A stretch of 64,000 bases of DNA, taken from Macrostomum lignano (lineage: Eukaryota). Positions 38,151 to 51,424 of the stretch are shown here, in pieces (within the stretch, counting starts at the first letter, position 1; every line of letters begins with the position of its first letter). The stretch spans positions 67,186 to 131,185 of the forward strand of contig NIVC01000074.1 in assembly GCA_002269645.1 (NCBI GenBank). Direction: 5' to 3'. Position numbers and translations under genes: made by a program. A model generated the notes under the pieces. The model made no database searches and was not told the DNA's origin. It saw only the letters and a program-made list of their open reading frames with translations.

Positions 38151-39003
38151 AACAAAAAAGGTTCATAAAAGTTAATTTAAGGCCTCCAATTTCTGAAACA
38201 GGAGTATGTAGACAAAGAAAAAGCTGGTTTTTGTCGCATTTTTTCTGCACACAGAAAAAAATATAGAAAGTTTGCTTAGCTTTTGGATGAAATGTCAATA
38301 ACCTTATTATCTTATTTGAAAGGTTAAATATAAACAAACAGGTGTGTGTGTACTTACCTTATTTACTTGATAAAGGTAACTCAAGAAACAAAAATAACTT
38401 CTGATTTTTGTTTTGATTTTTTTAAAAGATCTTTTTTGCACCATCTGAAGTCTTCTGTGCGAGTGAAATTTCCAATTATATTTTATTTACATATCGATGA
38501 ATGAAAAATCATTTTGAATTGTTTAGTTTTATCAATAAGATTATTTCAAGATAAGATTCGTAAGATTCTTAAGTCTAGAAATAAATTAGCTATCAAATAC
38601 TTGCAGACACGCTCGTGTATAAGAGTACGATTCTATTTTTAACAAATTGATCAAAACTTAGCAGGCAAAGCTTTAATCACAGAAGCAATCGCTAGAAAAA
38701 ATAGTGAAAATTGCTCATAATTGGCTTCAAATACAAATTAATACATAGAGTATATTGTAGACAAAAATAAATTGATTAAATAGTTTAACAGTACACGAAT
38801 TGCTTCATTTGGCTTGAATATCATATTTGCGTGAATATTTAATACACAGGCTATTGAAAACTGATCAAAAACATATGGGAAGATCATCAGGATTAAAGAC
38901 AGCTCAAGTAGGATGAGGAAACTCCGTTTCTGGAACTTATTTTTTTAGACAACTCTTCCAAGATACTCCCTAAGAGTATTCGACCTGCTTTCAGTAAAGA
39001 CGT

Positions 39004-39517
39004 TTTGTTTTCTAAGGAACGAGGTTCCCGTGTTTCTACTAAACATTCTGTTTTCTAAGGAAAGAGATTCCCGTGTTTCTACTGAACATTCTGTTTTCTA
39101 AGGAACGAGGTTCTCGTGTTTCTACTAAACATTCTGTTTTCTAAGGAACGAGGTTCTCGTGTTTCTACTAAACATTCTGTTTTCTAAGGAACGAGGTTCC
39201 CGTGTTTCTACTAAACATTCTGTTTTCTAAGAAACGAGGTTCCCGTGTTTCTACTAAACATTCTGTTTTCTAAGAAACGAGGTTCCCGTGTTTCTACTAA
39301 ACATTCTGTTTTCTAAGGAACGAGGTTCCCGTGTTTCTACTAAACATTCTGTTTTCTAAGGAACGAGGTTCCCGTGTTTCTACTAAACATTCTGTTTTCT
39401 AAGAAACGAGGTTCCCGTGTTTCTACTAAACATTCTGTTTTCTAAGAAACGAGGTTCCCGTGTTTCTACTAAACATTCTGTTTTCTAAGAAACGAGGTTC
39501 CCGTGTTTCTACTAAAA
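39004..39517. repeat. 43-bp minisatellite (TTCTGTTTTCTAAGGAACGAGGTTCCCGTGTTTCTACTAAACA), ~12 copies
   Basis: Tandem unit read directly. Confidence 0.95.
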
Positions 39518-40494
39518 TGTCCTTGATTTTTACACATACTAATTAAGCTATTGGATTACAATAGGAATCATTAATCTGAAATCTGTAACGACCGAATGAT
39601 TGGTGAACTTGAAGCATAAACTAAAAATAGCAGCACTTGAATATTTGATTAGAAAGTACAAAATGTTTTGTGGCACTAAGAAGTTTTCGAACAACTCGAA
39701 TATTTTAATAACAATAATAGGAACACAGTCAGTTAGCAGAACTAAAGCAGATTAAGCATCACAGACGACCGCCGAAGTACAATAACGGATAAGCCAAAGT
39801 TTTACTTCAAGAGTACAAACAATTTTTTCTGTGCTAATCAAAACTCAGAAAATTAGTACAAAAAAACAAAAAATTCCGACATAAAAAGCACCATGAGGAT
39901 AATAGATTTTTGGTAAATAATTTCTTTACAACATAACTGAAATCAAAATTACTGACTTTATTACGATTGTAGAAATAATTCATATGCCAAGTACAGAAAA
40001 CACGATTGCAAATTAATATTAATAGTAATCTTTTTATATATAAAAACAATTGTAGGATTTAGGATTTAGAAATAATACACTAATCGATAAGTGAAATAAA
40101 GCTAAAATAAAAATAATGATCATAATCACTGCTGTTCGTTAGGATAGTGATCGTTTGTGTATAGTTTTTTACTACCGCATTGATGGGTATTACTTTTCTT
40201 AAAATTTGCCTACTGATTAAGTGATTTGTATGGCATTTTGGGGGTCGCAAGGAGAAAGGCAGGGCCGTTGTACATCCAGTTCCTGAGTACAGTATCTCTG
40301 AGTACGTGTGTACTATGGCCAGCGAATTGGACAGCTCCATGCCTTCTCTCTAGCTCACAGATACTAAAATAGCTGGATGGGCCACTCAGGCATAAACCTC
40401 GTAAAACAGCTTTCTACTTTCAGTTCAGCAGCAAGGAAGAATACATAAGCTATTCTTATAAAAATAAAGGCAGCTGAAAAGACTTCGATAAGTT

Positions 40495-40970
40495 TAAAAG
40501 CCCGAGCTTGCAGGCGTAAACAACTTGCTAATTGATTCAGCAGAAGTGTACATTAGCCAGTCCACTGAATGTACATGGCAGCTTTAGGCTGGAATTCCGA
40601 GAAAGGCAATAAAAATTGGGGCGGAGTAGTGTGGAATAGCACTGTTGGGGTGTTAAGTTGGGGGTAAGAGCCAATATGCCTTGGCTTTAAAAATACCATA
40701 AAATGCTTTTGTTTAATTTACTACTGAGGCAGCTTTGATAATTTTAGAGGCTCAAAGCTTGCAGGCGTAAACAAATTGCTAATTGGTTCAGCAATAATGT
40801 ACATTAGCCACTCCACTGAAATGTACACGGCCGCTTTAGGCTGGAATTCCGAGAAAGGCAATAAAAATTGGGGCGGGGCAAGTGTGGAAAGGCGCGGTTG
40901 GAGGGTTTAAGCTGGGGGTAAGAGCCTTGGCTTTAAACATGCATTAAAATGCTTCTGTTTAACTTGCTAC
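40495..40970. repeat. Diverged two-copy tandem duplication of ~250 bp downstream of the MTMR-like gene
   Basis: Both copies share GCTTGCAGGCGTAAACAA...GGCTGGAATTCCGAGAAAGGCAATAAAAATTGGGGCGG...GGGGGTAAGAGCC. Confidence 0.8.
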
Positions 40971-41080
40971 TGAACTGAAAGTAGCTTACATGCAAATGTG
41001 CTGAGTGTCTTATTTAGTTATTCTGGTATCTGTCAACTATCAGCAGGCAAGTTCTTGGCAGAATAACAGAGAGTGCAGTC

Positions 41081-44000
41081 CTACAGATGCGTGGGATCCA
41101 ACTGGCTAGTAAAATCGGCGCCAACCTCTTTCAAATGATTGCGCAACAGTTCATCCACTATCTGGCCGGCGGACCAACTGAATGGACAGCCGTAGTGCGG
41201 ACTAACCGACTGGTTGCCATAGTAACAAGCTAGCCGAGTTGGCGGCGACAAATTCGATCCGTTGCTATGCAGAAGGCGTTGCAAATTATTTACCGTAGGC
41301 GCAGTGTAAACTGTATTCGGCATCAGCTTATCGGTTGAAGCGAACCGAGCATTCCTGCTATAATTCTCTGTCCAGAATTGCAGCTCGCACACTTGCCAAC
41401 GATTCATAATCGGATTAGAGATCTGTCGATAGAGAATATTAATAAATAATTCGCGCACGCCAGGATTAACATAGGCTTGCCAGTCGAATAAGCTGCCTAA
41501 TTGAGCTGGGACTGCGGAGTCTCCGCTGCCGCCGCAGCCGCCACCAAACAGAATATCATCAATTGAGGCTGTTGCATTCTCCTGGAACACTGGCCACTGA
41601 ATTGTGTCGTGCAGCAGAGTTAAGTAGACTGAACTCATCTCAAATGCTGCTGGGTAGCGCTTGGTTAACTGCCATACGCAGTCTAAGAACAGAAGGAACA
41701 GAGGGCCTCCGCCGCTGCCGCTGCCGGTGCTAACCCCGCCTGGACTGGGCACTGGGCCGCTAGCGGAGCCTGAAGCAACGGAACCCTACGGATTGTTGAA
41801 GGGGGGGGGGTGTCGAAAAGCGGGTAGGATAGTGGGGAGATGAGATTAAGGGAGATTAAGGGAGAAGATGAAGGGCGGTGAAAAGAGAAGATGAAGGGAG
41901 ATAAAGGGAGAAAATTAAGGGAGTTGAAAGGAGAAGATTAAGGGAGATAAAGGGAGATTTAAGGCAAAGATTAAGAGAGATAAAGAGAGACGAAGGGAAA
42001 AGATTAAGGGAGATTTAAGGCGAAGATTAAGGGAGATGAAGGGAGAAGATTAAGGGAGATTTAAGGCGAAGATTAAGGGAGATGAAGGGAGATGAATGGA
42101 GAAGATTAAGGGAGATAAAGGGAGATAAAGAGGAGAAGATTAAGGGAGATGAAGGGAGAAGATTAAGGGAGATTTAAGGCGAAGATGAAGGGAGATGAAG
42201 GGAGATGAATGGAGAAGATTAAGGGAGATTTAAGGAGAAGATTAAGGGAGATGAAGGGATCAGACACGAGCTTAGAATGACTCAGATGGGAGAGATGAAG
42301 GCCGTCAGGAGTGCATGAAAGGAAATGAAGTGAGCATGAGCAGAACATATGAATGGGCAATAGAGGACGAGCCAGATAGAGAGTGACAAGTTCGATTCGC
42401 TCACCTGATCAATCGCAGTGGCCGAATCGTCCACCTCGTCCATCTGTCCGAGATTAAGCAGCCTAGTCCTGAATGGATGCCTACTGACCCATTCAAGCTG
42501 GACGAGCTGTTGAAAACCAGCCAGACTGCGCGATTCCGGACACAGCATTAGGCGAATCAAGCTGGCCAACAGACAGTTCCAGTCTCTGTCAGTGGATTCA
42601 ACAAGCCAAATTGTCTTGTTTCGTTGTTGCACATCCTGGGCCAGTTGGGCCGCCGTGTCCAGGCACTGGTGCACCAGGCGTAACCAGCCCGTGGCCTTTT
42701 GAGCGGTTTTGGGGAGTGGCGGTATGAGATATAGCGGCTGTATATGCTGAAACTGCAGTCTCAAATGCATAGCTTCATATCCATATTTTATATTCTTAGT
42801 CACTGCTTTTATTCGTAACTTCCCATTTGTTTTACGAGTATTTGTCTCTTCTCAACTCACTGACTGACTCACTCTCTCTTCTCAAACTCAACTGGGTCTC
42901 TGTCTTTTCTCAAACTCAATTGGGTCACTCCGTCTCTTCTCAAACTCAACTGAGTCACTCTGTCTCTTCTCAAACTCAATTGGGTCACTCCGTCTCTTCT
43001 CAAACTCAATTGGGTCACTCCGTCTCTTCTCAAACTCAATTGGGTCACTCTGTCTCTTCTCAAACTCAATTGGGTCACTCTGTCTCTTCTCAAACTCGAC
43101 TGAGTCACTCTGTCTCTTCTCAAACTCAATTGGGTCACTCTGTCTCTTCTCAAACTCAACTGAATCACTCCGTCTCTTCTCAAACTCAATAGGGTCACTC
43201 CGTCTCTTCTCAAGCTCAATTGGGTCATTCTGCCTCTACTCACTGAGTCCCGCTGGCCCTACTCATTGAGATTCGCTATCTCTTCGCTTGTATGTGCTAA
43301 GGAGTCAACGGGATTGCCGTCAGCAGTGGTTGTGGGATCATATTATTGCGCCATATTATCATTACCACCCTATTTCTTCCTACTGTCCCCTCCGCCTGTT
43401 ACTCTCCCGCAGACCTCCAAGCCGCTGTAGAAGCTGGCATCAGAGTCATTCTTCCGCAGCCGATCCAAGCTTATGCTATCAGAGCTGGTAGCCGCAGTGA
43501 CGCAGTGCCGCAGAAGCCGCCGCCTGGCTTGAGCAACTATTCGAATTTGCTCCAACTTCTGATCGCAATTGAATATTTCCAAATTAGGATATAATTCTCT
43601 TAGCTGGGCTTCAAATTCCACCGATTGTTTAAAAAAACTCGAAGACGATTCCGAGATTGAATCGTCTTTAGAACGGGCCGAACGAATCACGATGACGGTG
43701 GCCGAGTGGCACAGCACTAGGCGCGGATAGCCGCCGTCACGATAGTACTCAATAGCCGCCTTGTCAACAGCTGGCACCGACTGCTGCTGCGAGCTGGTCG
43801 GAATCAGAGGTACAATTATGCGGCTGCCGTTGGATAGGAGCTCGTCAGCGATGGGACCGGCTGCTGACCACTGCCTGACAATGGGATTATTGGGCATTTG
43901 TCTGTGGTATTTTGGGTATTTGACAATGGGATTATTTGGGCATTTGTCTGTGGCATTTTGGGTATTTGACAATGGGATTATTTGGGCATTTGTCTGTGGT

Positions 44001-45260
44001 ATTTTGGGTATTTGACAAGGGGATTTTTGGGCATTTGTCTGTGGCATTTTGGGTATTTGACAATGGGATTTTTGGGCATTTGTCTGTGGTATTTTGGGTA
44101 TTTGACAATGGGATTATTTGGGCATTTGTCTGTGGCATTTTGGGTATTTGACAATGGGATCATTGGGCATTTGTCTGTGGCATTTTGGGTATTTGACAAT
44201 GGGATTATTTGGGCATTTGTCTGTGGTATTTTGGGTATTTGACAATGGGATTATTTGGGCATTTGTCTGTGGTATTTTGGGTATTTGACAATGGGATTAT
44301 TTGGGCATTTGTCTGTGGTATTTTGGGTATTTGACAATGGGATTATTTGGGCATTTGTCTGTGGTATTTTGGGTATTTGACAATGGATCATTGGGCATTT
44401 GTATGTGGTACTTTGGGTATTTGACAAGGGGATTTCTGGGCATTTGTCTGTGGCATTTTGGGTATTTGACAATGGGATTATTTGGGCATTTGTCTGTGGT
44501 ATTTTGGGTATTTGACAATGGGATTTTTTGGGCATTTGTCTGTGGCATTTTGGGTATTTGACAATGGGATTATTTGGGCATTTGTCTGTGGTATTTTGGG
44601 TATTTGACAATGGGATCATTGGGCATTTGTCTGTGGTATTTTCGGTATTTGACAATGGGATTATTTGGGCATTTGTCTGTGGCATTTGGGGTATTTGACA
44701 ATGGGATTATTGGGCATTTGTCTATGGCATTTTGGCTATTTGGACTATTGGCTGTCTGTCAATGGGATCATGGGTCATTTGTCAATGGGAGTTTTGGGTC
44801 ATTTGTCAATGGGAGTTTTGGGTCATATTTCAATGGGATTTTTAGGTCATTTCATTAAGAGGTGACACTTTTTGTGCTTGTTTCACATCCGATCGTAGGC
44901 TAAACGCAACTTCCAGTTCTGCACATACTACTCGGAATAATCTTGACCCAATCTTGGCCGCCATGTAAGCTTTTCGAGTCATACTCTATACTTTCTACTT
45001 GTCAGTAGACGAAGACTGGCAAGTCGGTTTGCAGTTAAATCTGTACACCACAAAAATACTGTTTATAACGCTTTACGACGCTTAAAAAACCCCCTATATG
45101 CAGGTTTTTGCGTCGAAAATCCGCTCACTGAATCATGAAACTTCCGTAATCAATTCGCTTGCATGGAAACAAGCCGCTGCTGCTGCTCTCCGTGTCCTGA
45201 CGGGAGCCGAAAGCGAATAGGCACAGATTGGACAACAGGCGACTGATTTCGTCTGATGGC

Positions 45261-45292
<32 letters not shown>

Positions 45293-45673
45293 CTGAGAAG
45301 CCGCATCCTGGCGCTCGTATCGATTCATTCTGCGACTGATTCCGTCTATTAGGGAGGCCCGCAAAGAGTCCGGGAATGTCGACAGCTGGCCCATGGAGCG
45401 GCCGCCGGCGCTGCCTCCACCGCCGCCGCCTCCTCCGCCGCCGCTGCCACTGGAACCTGCGCCGCTTTTCGAGAGGCCCTCCAGTAAGCTGCGGCGCTGC
45501 CGATGCTGCGAGTTGAAGCAGAATTTGTACCTGCAAAATGCATGTAGTATGCGGTGATTCATTAATCAAATAAGATTAAATGCACCAGGCACTGATGTAC
45601 AGGGTCGAAGACAGACAGACAGTCAGACAGGAAGCAAAAACAGACAGACAGACAGGCAGACAGACTGACATGC

Positions 45674-45712
<39 letters not shown>

Positions 45713-45877
45713 TAGACAGGCAGACAGACAGATAGACAGGCAGACAGGCAGACAGACAGGCAGACAGGAAGCAAAAACAGACAGACAGACAGACAGACAG
45801 ACAGATAGACAGGCAGACAGACAGACAGACAGATAGACAGGCAGACAGACAGACAGGCAGACAGACAGGAAGCAAAA

Positions 45878-45934
<57 letters not shown>

Positions 45935-46778
45935 TAGACAGACAGGCAGACAGACAGACAGACAGGCAGACAGACAGACAGACAGACAGGCAGACAGACA
46001 GACAGGCAGACAGACAGACAGGCAGACAGACAGACAGACAGGCAGACAGACAGGCAGACAGACAGGCATGTAGACAGACAGACAGGCAGACAGATAGACA
46101 GGCAGACTGGTAGCAAAAACAGCCACAGACAGGCAGGTATAAAAAAACAGACAGACAGGCAGACAGACAGGCAGACAGGCAGGTAGCAAAAAAACAGACA
46201 GACAGGCAGACGAGCAGGTAGCAAAAGAGACACTAAGACAGAGTGACATGTCTCAATAAGCATAATGTTTATTAGTTCAGACAGCAAAACAGACAAAACT
46301 TACTGCAAGTATTGCAGTAAAAATCAAAATAAATTATTTGCAATCTGCACTTGACCTTTCCTAATTACCTGGTAAAATCGCAGCAATTAATCTCGAGTTT
46401 GTCTACTTTGCTAGGCAGACTGGAATTCTGCGCGGCACAACTGAAGCTGCGCACTTTAGTTTTCTTGCGCTGACTCTGCACCAGCACCAGGTGATCAATG
46501 CTAGGCAAATAGATGCTTAAATAATTTGCCCGATCTTTAATAAACACTTGAGGAAAGAAATTGCCCTGAATGCTGACAGGCAGAAATACGAGGCGCATGT
46601 TGGTTAGTACAAGTTTGCCATCAATGTACCACACTTTCTCTGGAAGTTGCAGGGACACCGTCATGCCAGTTTTGTCACCCAAGGCATATGACACCATCTC
46701 ATCTTTGTAAAGGTCAATGCCATGCTCTTCTTGCTTGCCAGTGCTGCTAATGCTGGTCTTGTGAGACACAGTGTACAT
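41081..46778 (-). CDS. Myotubularin-related pseudophosphatase, MTMR10/11/12-like; exons 46778-46369, 45530-45129, 43874-43415, 42695-42405, 41785-41081 (start codon may be further upstream)
   Basis: In-frame GT-AG joins. PH-GRAM GKLVLTNMRLVF...LEINCCDF; SGLE|ATGWLRLV; WLVESTDRD in place of HCSDGWDR; RSLAGFQQLVQLEW; PLFLLFLDCVWQL...YPAAFE. Confidence 0.85.
41838..42260. repeat. Purine-rich degenerate repeat (GAAGATTAAGGGAGAT) in MTMR-like intron 4
   Basis: Read directly. Confidence 0.88.
42880..43230. repeat. 30-bp minisatellite (TGTCTCTTCTCAAACTCAATTGGGTCACTC) in MTMR-like intron 3
   Basis: Tandem unit read directly. Confidence 0.93.
43876..44830. repeat. 46-bp minisatellite (GACAATGGGATTATTTGGGCATTTGTCTGTGGTATTTTGGGTATTT) in MTMR-like intron 2
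   Basis: Tandem unit read directly; abuts the acceptor at 43875. Confidence 0.94.
45608..46220. repeat. (CAGA)n/(CAGG)n microsatellite in MTMR-like intron 1
   Basis: Read directly. Confidence 0.95.
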
Positions 46779-48507
46779 GCTTGTCTGCTTTTTTTCTCTT
46801 GATGCTCACTTAATATTGCAGTAAGCCAGTTTATTGGTAATATCAATGACAATTATTTTATTCATTAAGTTTAGAGGCCATGCATAAAAAAATGTAAGCC
46901 AATATGAATAACAATGTTATGATGATCTACTTGTTTAATTTAAATTATTATTCATGTTGTCCCTGTTGGAATAAATTCTAAAAATATACAGAGACTGAGG
47001 CATATCAAGGGTTCACAGACAGATAGACTGGGAGGAGAAGAACTAAGGGATGATTATGCACATCAGAAATTGCACATGCTGAATATTATTTGACAAGGGC
47101 AATAACTATAGAAAACTTGCCATATTGCCAGTTTACTTTGAAAATGCATCAATCAACTTATATTACAGATGCACTAAACTTGATATTGGCAATGGAGTTT
47201 GAAATGAAAAGCAGCAACAAGATTGCAGACATCACCTGCAAGATTTGTTCCAGTCATGGACCCTAACATTCACTCTACAGAAAGGTGGAGACATGCAGTT
47301 TTTACAATTTGGAGTCGTGGTCAGAAATGCCCTGAAATTCAGGAAAACCTGACCTACATTCATGGTCCCAATTTCATCAGTTGATGAACAGTTTACAGGT
47401 AGATCGAACAGTTCGAGGCTGGCTGAAGATGTTAAAGGCCAACCACCTTTGGGTAAGTTGGCAACACACTATGGTCAGCCTCAAACTGCTGTCTTGCGAC
47501 TCTGTGCTTGATCAGCTCTACTTGTGGCTTTCTTCTGAGTGAGCATAGCACTATGCGGTGTGTATTTCTATGGCCAAGGGTATGCAAACAAATGCATGCT
47601 GCTTACAGCAGGAAGCACTTATAAAAATGGGACTTGCATGGCATGAAAGCTAAAATAAGCCACCCACTTTTAAGGCAAATGATTCTTTTAATACTTGTGG
47701 AAGCAAATGTGACACTACTTCTGGGATACCCCTCATATTTTTGGCTTAAAATAGTGCCATAATAAAGTCATTGCTACCATAGCTGATAAGAATCATATTG
47801 TAAGATATAGGCCTATTGTTAATAACTGACTTTTTTGGCATTTAATATATTAGTCATATTTCAACATTGCACACATAATAGCAAAAAATACTTTTGCAAT
47901 GACCATTTTGTCTAAAGCTGACCATTTAAGATTTGTTCCAAGCTATGCTGAAGAGTTTTTGTTGTTTTAGAAGAAATTTAAAAAGAAAAATAAATAACTT
48001 TATAAAGGCTAATTTTATTGTGACATGGTTTTGTTCTGTCACAGTTTAATTTAGTTGTTTTATTAGATGCCATTCTGGCCATTATGGCAGGATTTCAAAG
48101 TACAATTTTAGGAACAGGAAATCTGAAAAACCACATTGTCAATTGTCATCATCCATAATCTATCAACTGCATATATTGATAGATCACATGTACATAACAT
48201 AGCTACAAGCTAAGTCATAAGTTTTTTAATTCTATAATTGCAAATAATTTGCAGCAATAAACAATTTATTAAAAGCTTCAATCACCAAAGTGGTATGTTT
48301 GCAATTATATATGTAGCCCATTTTTTGCCAAACTAGTCACTTTCTTTCGCCAAAATGTACATCTATTTAATGTGTACTAAAAATTTACTTTCGCTAAAGC
48401 ATCTTTTGCAAAAAATTCATTTACCAAAATGGGCTGCACCCAAAAGGTTATGAGTAGGGCCTAGTCAAAAAGCAGACAAATCAACTAGAAACCAACATTC
48501 CAGATCA

Positions 48508-49302
48508 TATAGGCTCATTCCATATAAGATGAACATTTTTGGAAAATAGAAAAAAGTCAATATTTTTGCTTGCCATTGCCTTATCAGCCAATTTTTTTAC
48601 CAAATGTTTTTTATGTGTAATATCTACAATCTAAGAATAAATGAATGATAAAATGTTAGATTAGTATGCTATCAAGTGGCAAAAAGTCATTTTTGTAAAA
48701 ATTTAGACATTTTTCTAAGCAAAAGACATCATTAAGTTTGTGTACCTTTTAAAAACAAATAGAAAGCTTTGGAAGGTTAAAACAAACTATAGATAAAAGT
48801 ATAGTACTTGCATCATCAGATAAAAGTATTGGTGACCAAATAATCTATTATATTTTTAATATATTGGTACCTCAAAGTTACTGAATTGACAGAAAAAAAT
48901 ATGTTACGACCATAATGTTACGACCATAAGGCTGCATTTTCTTTTGTATCTTTGTTGCCTTTTTGAGTTTATATATTCTACAAAAAGAGTATGATTACTA
49001 AAGATGTTCTTAGTCAAATTTTAAAAAATGTATTGCAAAATATCAAAAATAAAAATGTTATAAGACTTTTACCTTTTAGTTTCTATATGTCAAAAATCCT
49101 GTTGTTACGACCATAAGTGCCATTCAAGGTTTAATAGCATCTATACTAATGATGATATCTACATGAAACTCTATAAAAATATTTTTGACAAAATTATCTT
49201 TCATTTAAAATATTGGTTTAGTATATTCTATTATTATATTTCATTTTATAAGTAAAAATAGCCTGTCATGTTACGACCATGCTTATATGGAATGAGCCTA
49301 TA
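48508..49302. mobile_element. MITE-like element with perfect 21-bp terminal inverted repeats
   Basis: TATAGGCTCATTCCATATAAG (48508-48528) and its exact reverse complement (49282-49302); GTTACGACCAT occurs four times inside; no ORF. Confidence 0.7.
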
Positions 49303-50423
49303 GTATATGCCTGAAAATTTGGGTATCTATTGGCTTTGCATGCCAAAAATTAGGCATATACAGTTGGCACGCATTATCCTTAAGAAAATAATGTGCATGC
49401 ACACCTGGTCTGCATTTTATAGAATCACATAGAAAAGTTAATGTTAAGTGGAAAAATATTAAAATGTTTATTTTTAAGCATAAATTTCAAGCTTTCCAGT
49501 TTTTAAGCTTTTAACCCCTCCTAAATCTTTTATATAAACTAGAAAATAACTAGACTAACCAGAAATTTTAGTGTACAACAGACCTAAAAGGGTTAGCATA
49601 AAGTATCCAATATACAAAACATATCACTGGAAAGTTGAACCATAGAGCTGGCATATGGTATAAGAAAACTGAAATATTGTAATGTAAGTAAGGGTCTTAT
49701 ATTGTTATAATATACAAAAAAGGTCCTTTATTGTTGCAATGATTTTTTGATAATGCTTGGCAAGTAAAGTAATAGTAATAGTAGTAGTAGTAGTAAATTT
49801 GGCTCAGGCTTAAGGAGCCTGTTATGCCAGTATGATCCGATTTATTTATTCAAATCTTAGTAAATTAAGTAAATTTAGTAAATAGTAAATTTAGTAAATT
49901 TGTTTTTCTGGTATAAATTGAATTTATAATGTTAGGGGTCATTTTTTCTGGCATACTGTATAATAGATTTGAGAGTGTATGCTTATAATAGGCCTAAAGC
50001 ATTTAAATAGACAAATGTTTATGCATATCAATTTTTTGCTGTAAAAAGTAGCAATAAAAAATAAAAAACAATCAACTGAATTATCTGCCAAAAGGGTTAT
50101 TTTAACAATGCAAAATGGTCATTTATAGTTGCATTGCAAAAAGGTCATCTATTGTCACAACACTAGGTGACTTAGTGACTAGCCTGCACTAGCATGCACT
50201 GATTAGCATGCACTTACATTTTTTGGCATGCACTTGTGACCATTCAATTGTTGTTTAGGTGTGCACCAAACATGATCAAGACTATGGCTGGAAACCGCCC
50301 AAGCCTAGCTTTAATTTTAAAGGCTAAATAAACTCAACCAACAAAAGTTAGGCCTACTTAAATCTTTTAGTTTTACTAGGCCCTATGGCTACTTGATGAG
50401 TAAATCTTGTCATACTTTTCAAC

Positions 50424-50730
50424 GGGGTGCCGTCAAAACAGCCACACGCAGAACGGCCACACGATGTAATAATAAGAGATACGAGAAGTGGAGGGTTGAA
50501 TGTACATTTAAGTAGAAAGATAAATGATGAACGATCGGGGGGGGGGGGTGGCGTACATGGGGGCCGAGGCACTGGTCAATTAAGAATAAAGGTGGATGGT
50601 CAATTATTTGATCTGCAATCGATCTGCAACCCTTTTTGTTTTATGTGGCCGTTTTGTCGTGTGGCCGTTTTGACGGTGTGGCCGTTTTGTCGTGGCCGTT
50701 CCGCGTGTGGCCGTTTTGACGGGCATCCCT
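50424..50730. mobile_element. Foldback/MITE-like element with repetitive inverted ends
   Basis: Left CCGTCAAAACAGCCACACGCAGAACGGCCACACGA; right end has inverted TGTGGCCGTTTTG arrays. Confidence 0.55.
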
Positions 50731-51424
50731 TTTCAACACATACGTTTAATTATACTATATACAATAAAACTATGTATAGACTAGACGGACTACATTTTCA
50801 CCAGTTAATTTGTCGCCTTCAGCTTAAGCTCAGGCTTCTACGTTTTACTACCGTGCCCATAACTAATAAGTACAAGTAATCAGTTCACAAAATGTAAGAC
50901 TATTTTGCATCAAACAAAAAAATAATTTTAATGTACAAAGAATAATAACGGAGAACAAAAAGCTGGCAGACGACACACACCAGTCACCGGAATGTACTCG
51001 AGTAGTTGACAACTAGCTAATTTAAGCAAGCGAACTTCTTAATGCTTCTTAGAATATTTTTGTTTTAAAATATAATAAATGGTAAAACAAAATACTTTAT
51101 AGGTATAGTAGAAATTGTGTTTTAAAGAAATTTAATCGATACAGCTCATCTTATGTTTTAATTTTTTTTAATATTCAATTGCAAAATTTATCTATTTGCT
51201 TCAAAACAAAAACAGAAGCACGCACGCTGAAGCCTGAATGATGATTTTTGACAATTATAGTCGGATCTGCTCAAAACTCTATGTAGTATATGTTAGTATA
51301 TTAGATTATACAACAGTTCCCTAACAAAAAGTAGTAATTTAGTGATTGATTGCAAATTAATTAAAAACACTTACAAAATTTACTATATTTAATCGCCCAT
51401 TTATCTCAGTCTCCGACACAAACT

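Noticed and set aside
45562-46296. Hydrophobic LSVC-repeat ORFs resembling membrane proteins
   Set aside because: Translations of a (CAGA)n microsatellite in an intron.
50427-50879. 150-aa plus-strand ORF
   Set aside because: Spans a foldback element and a G-run; no protein motif recognised.
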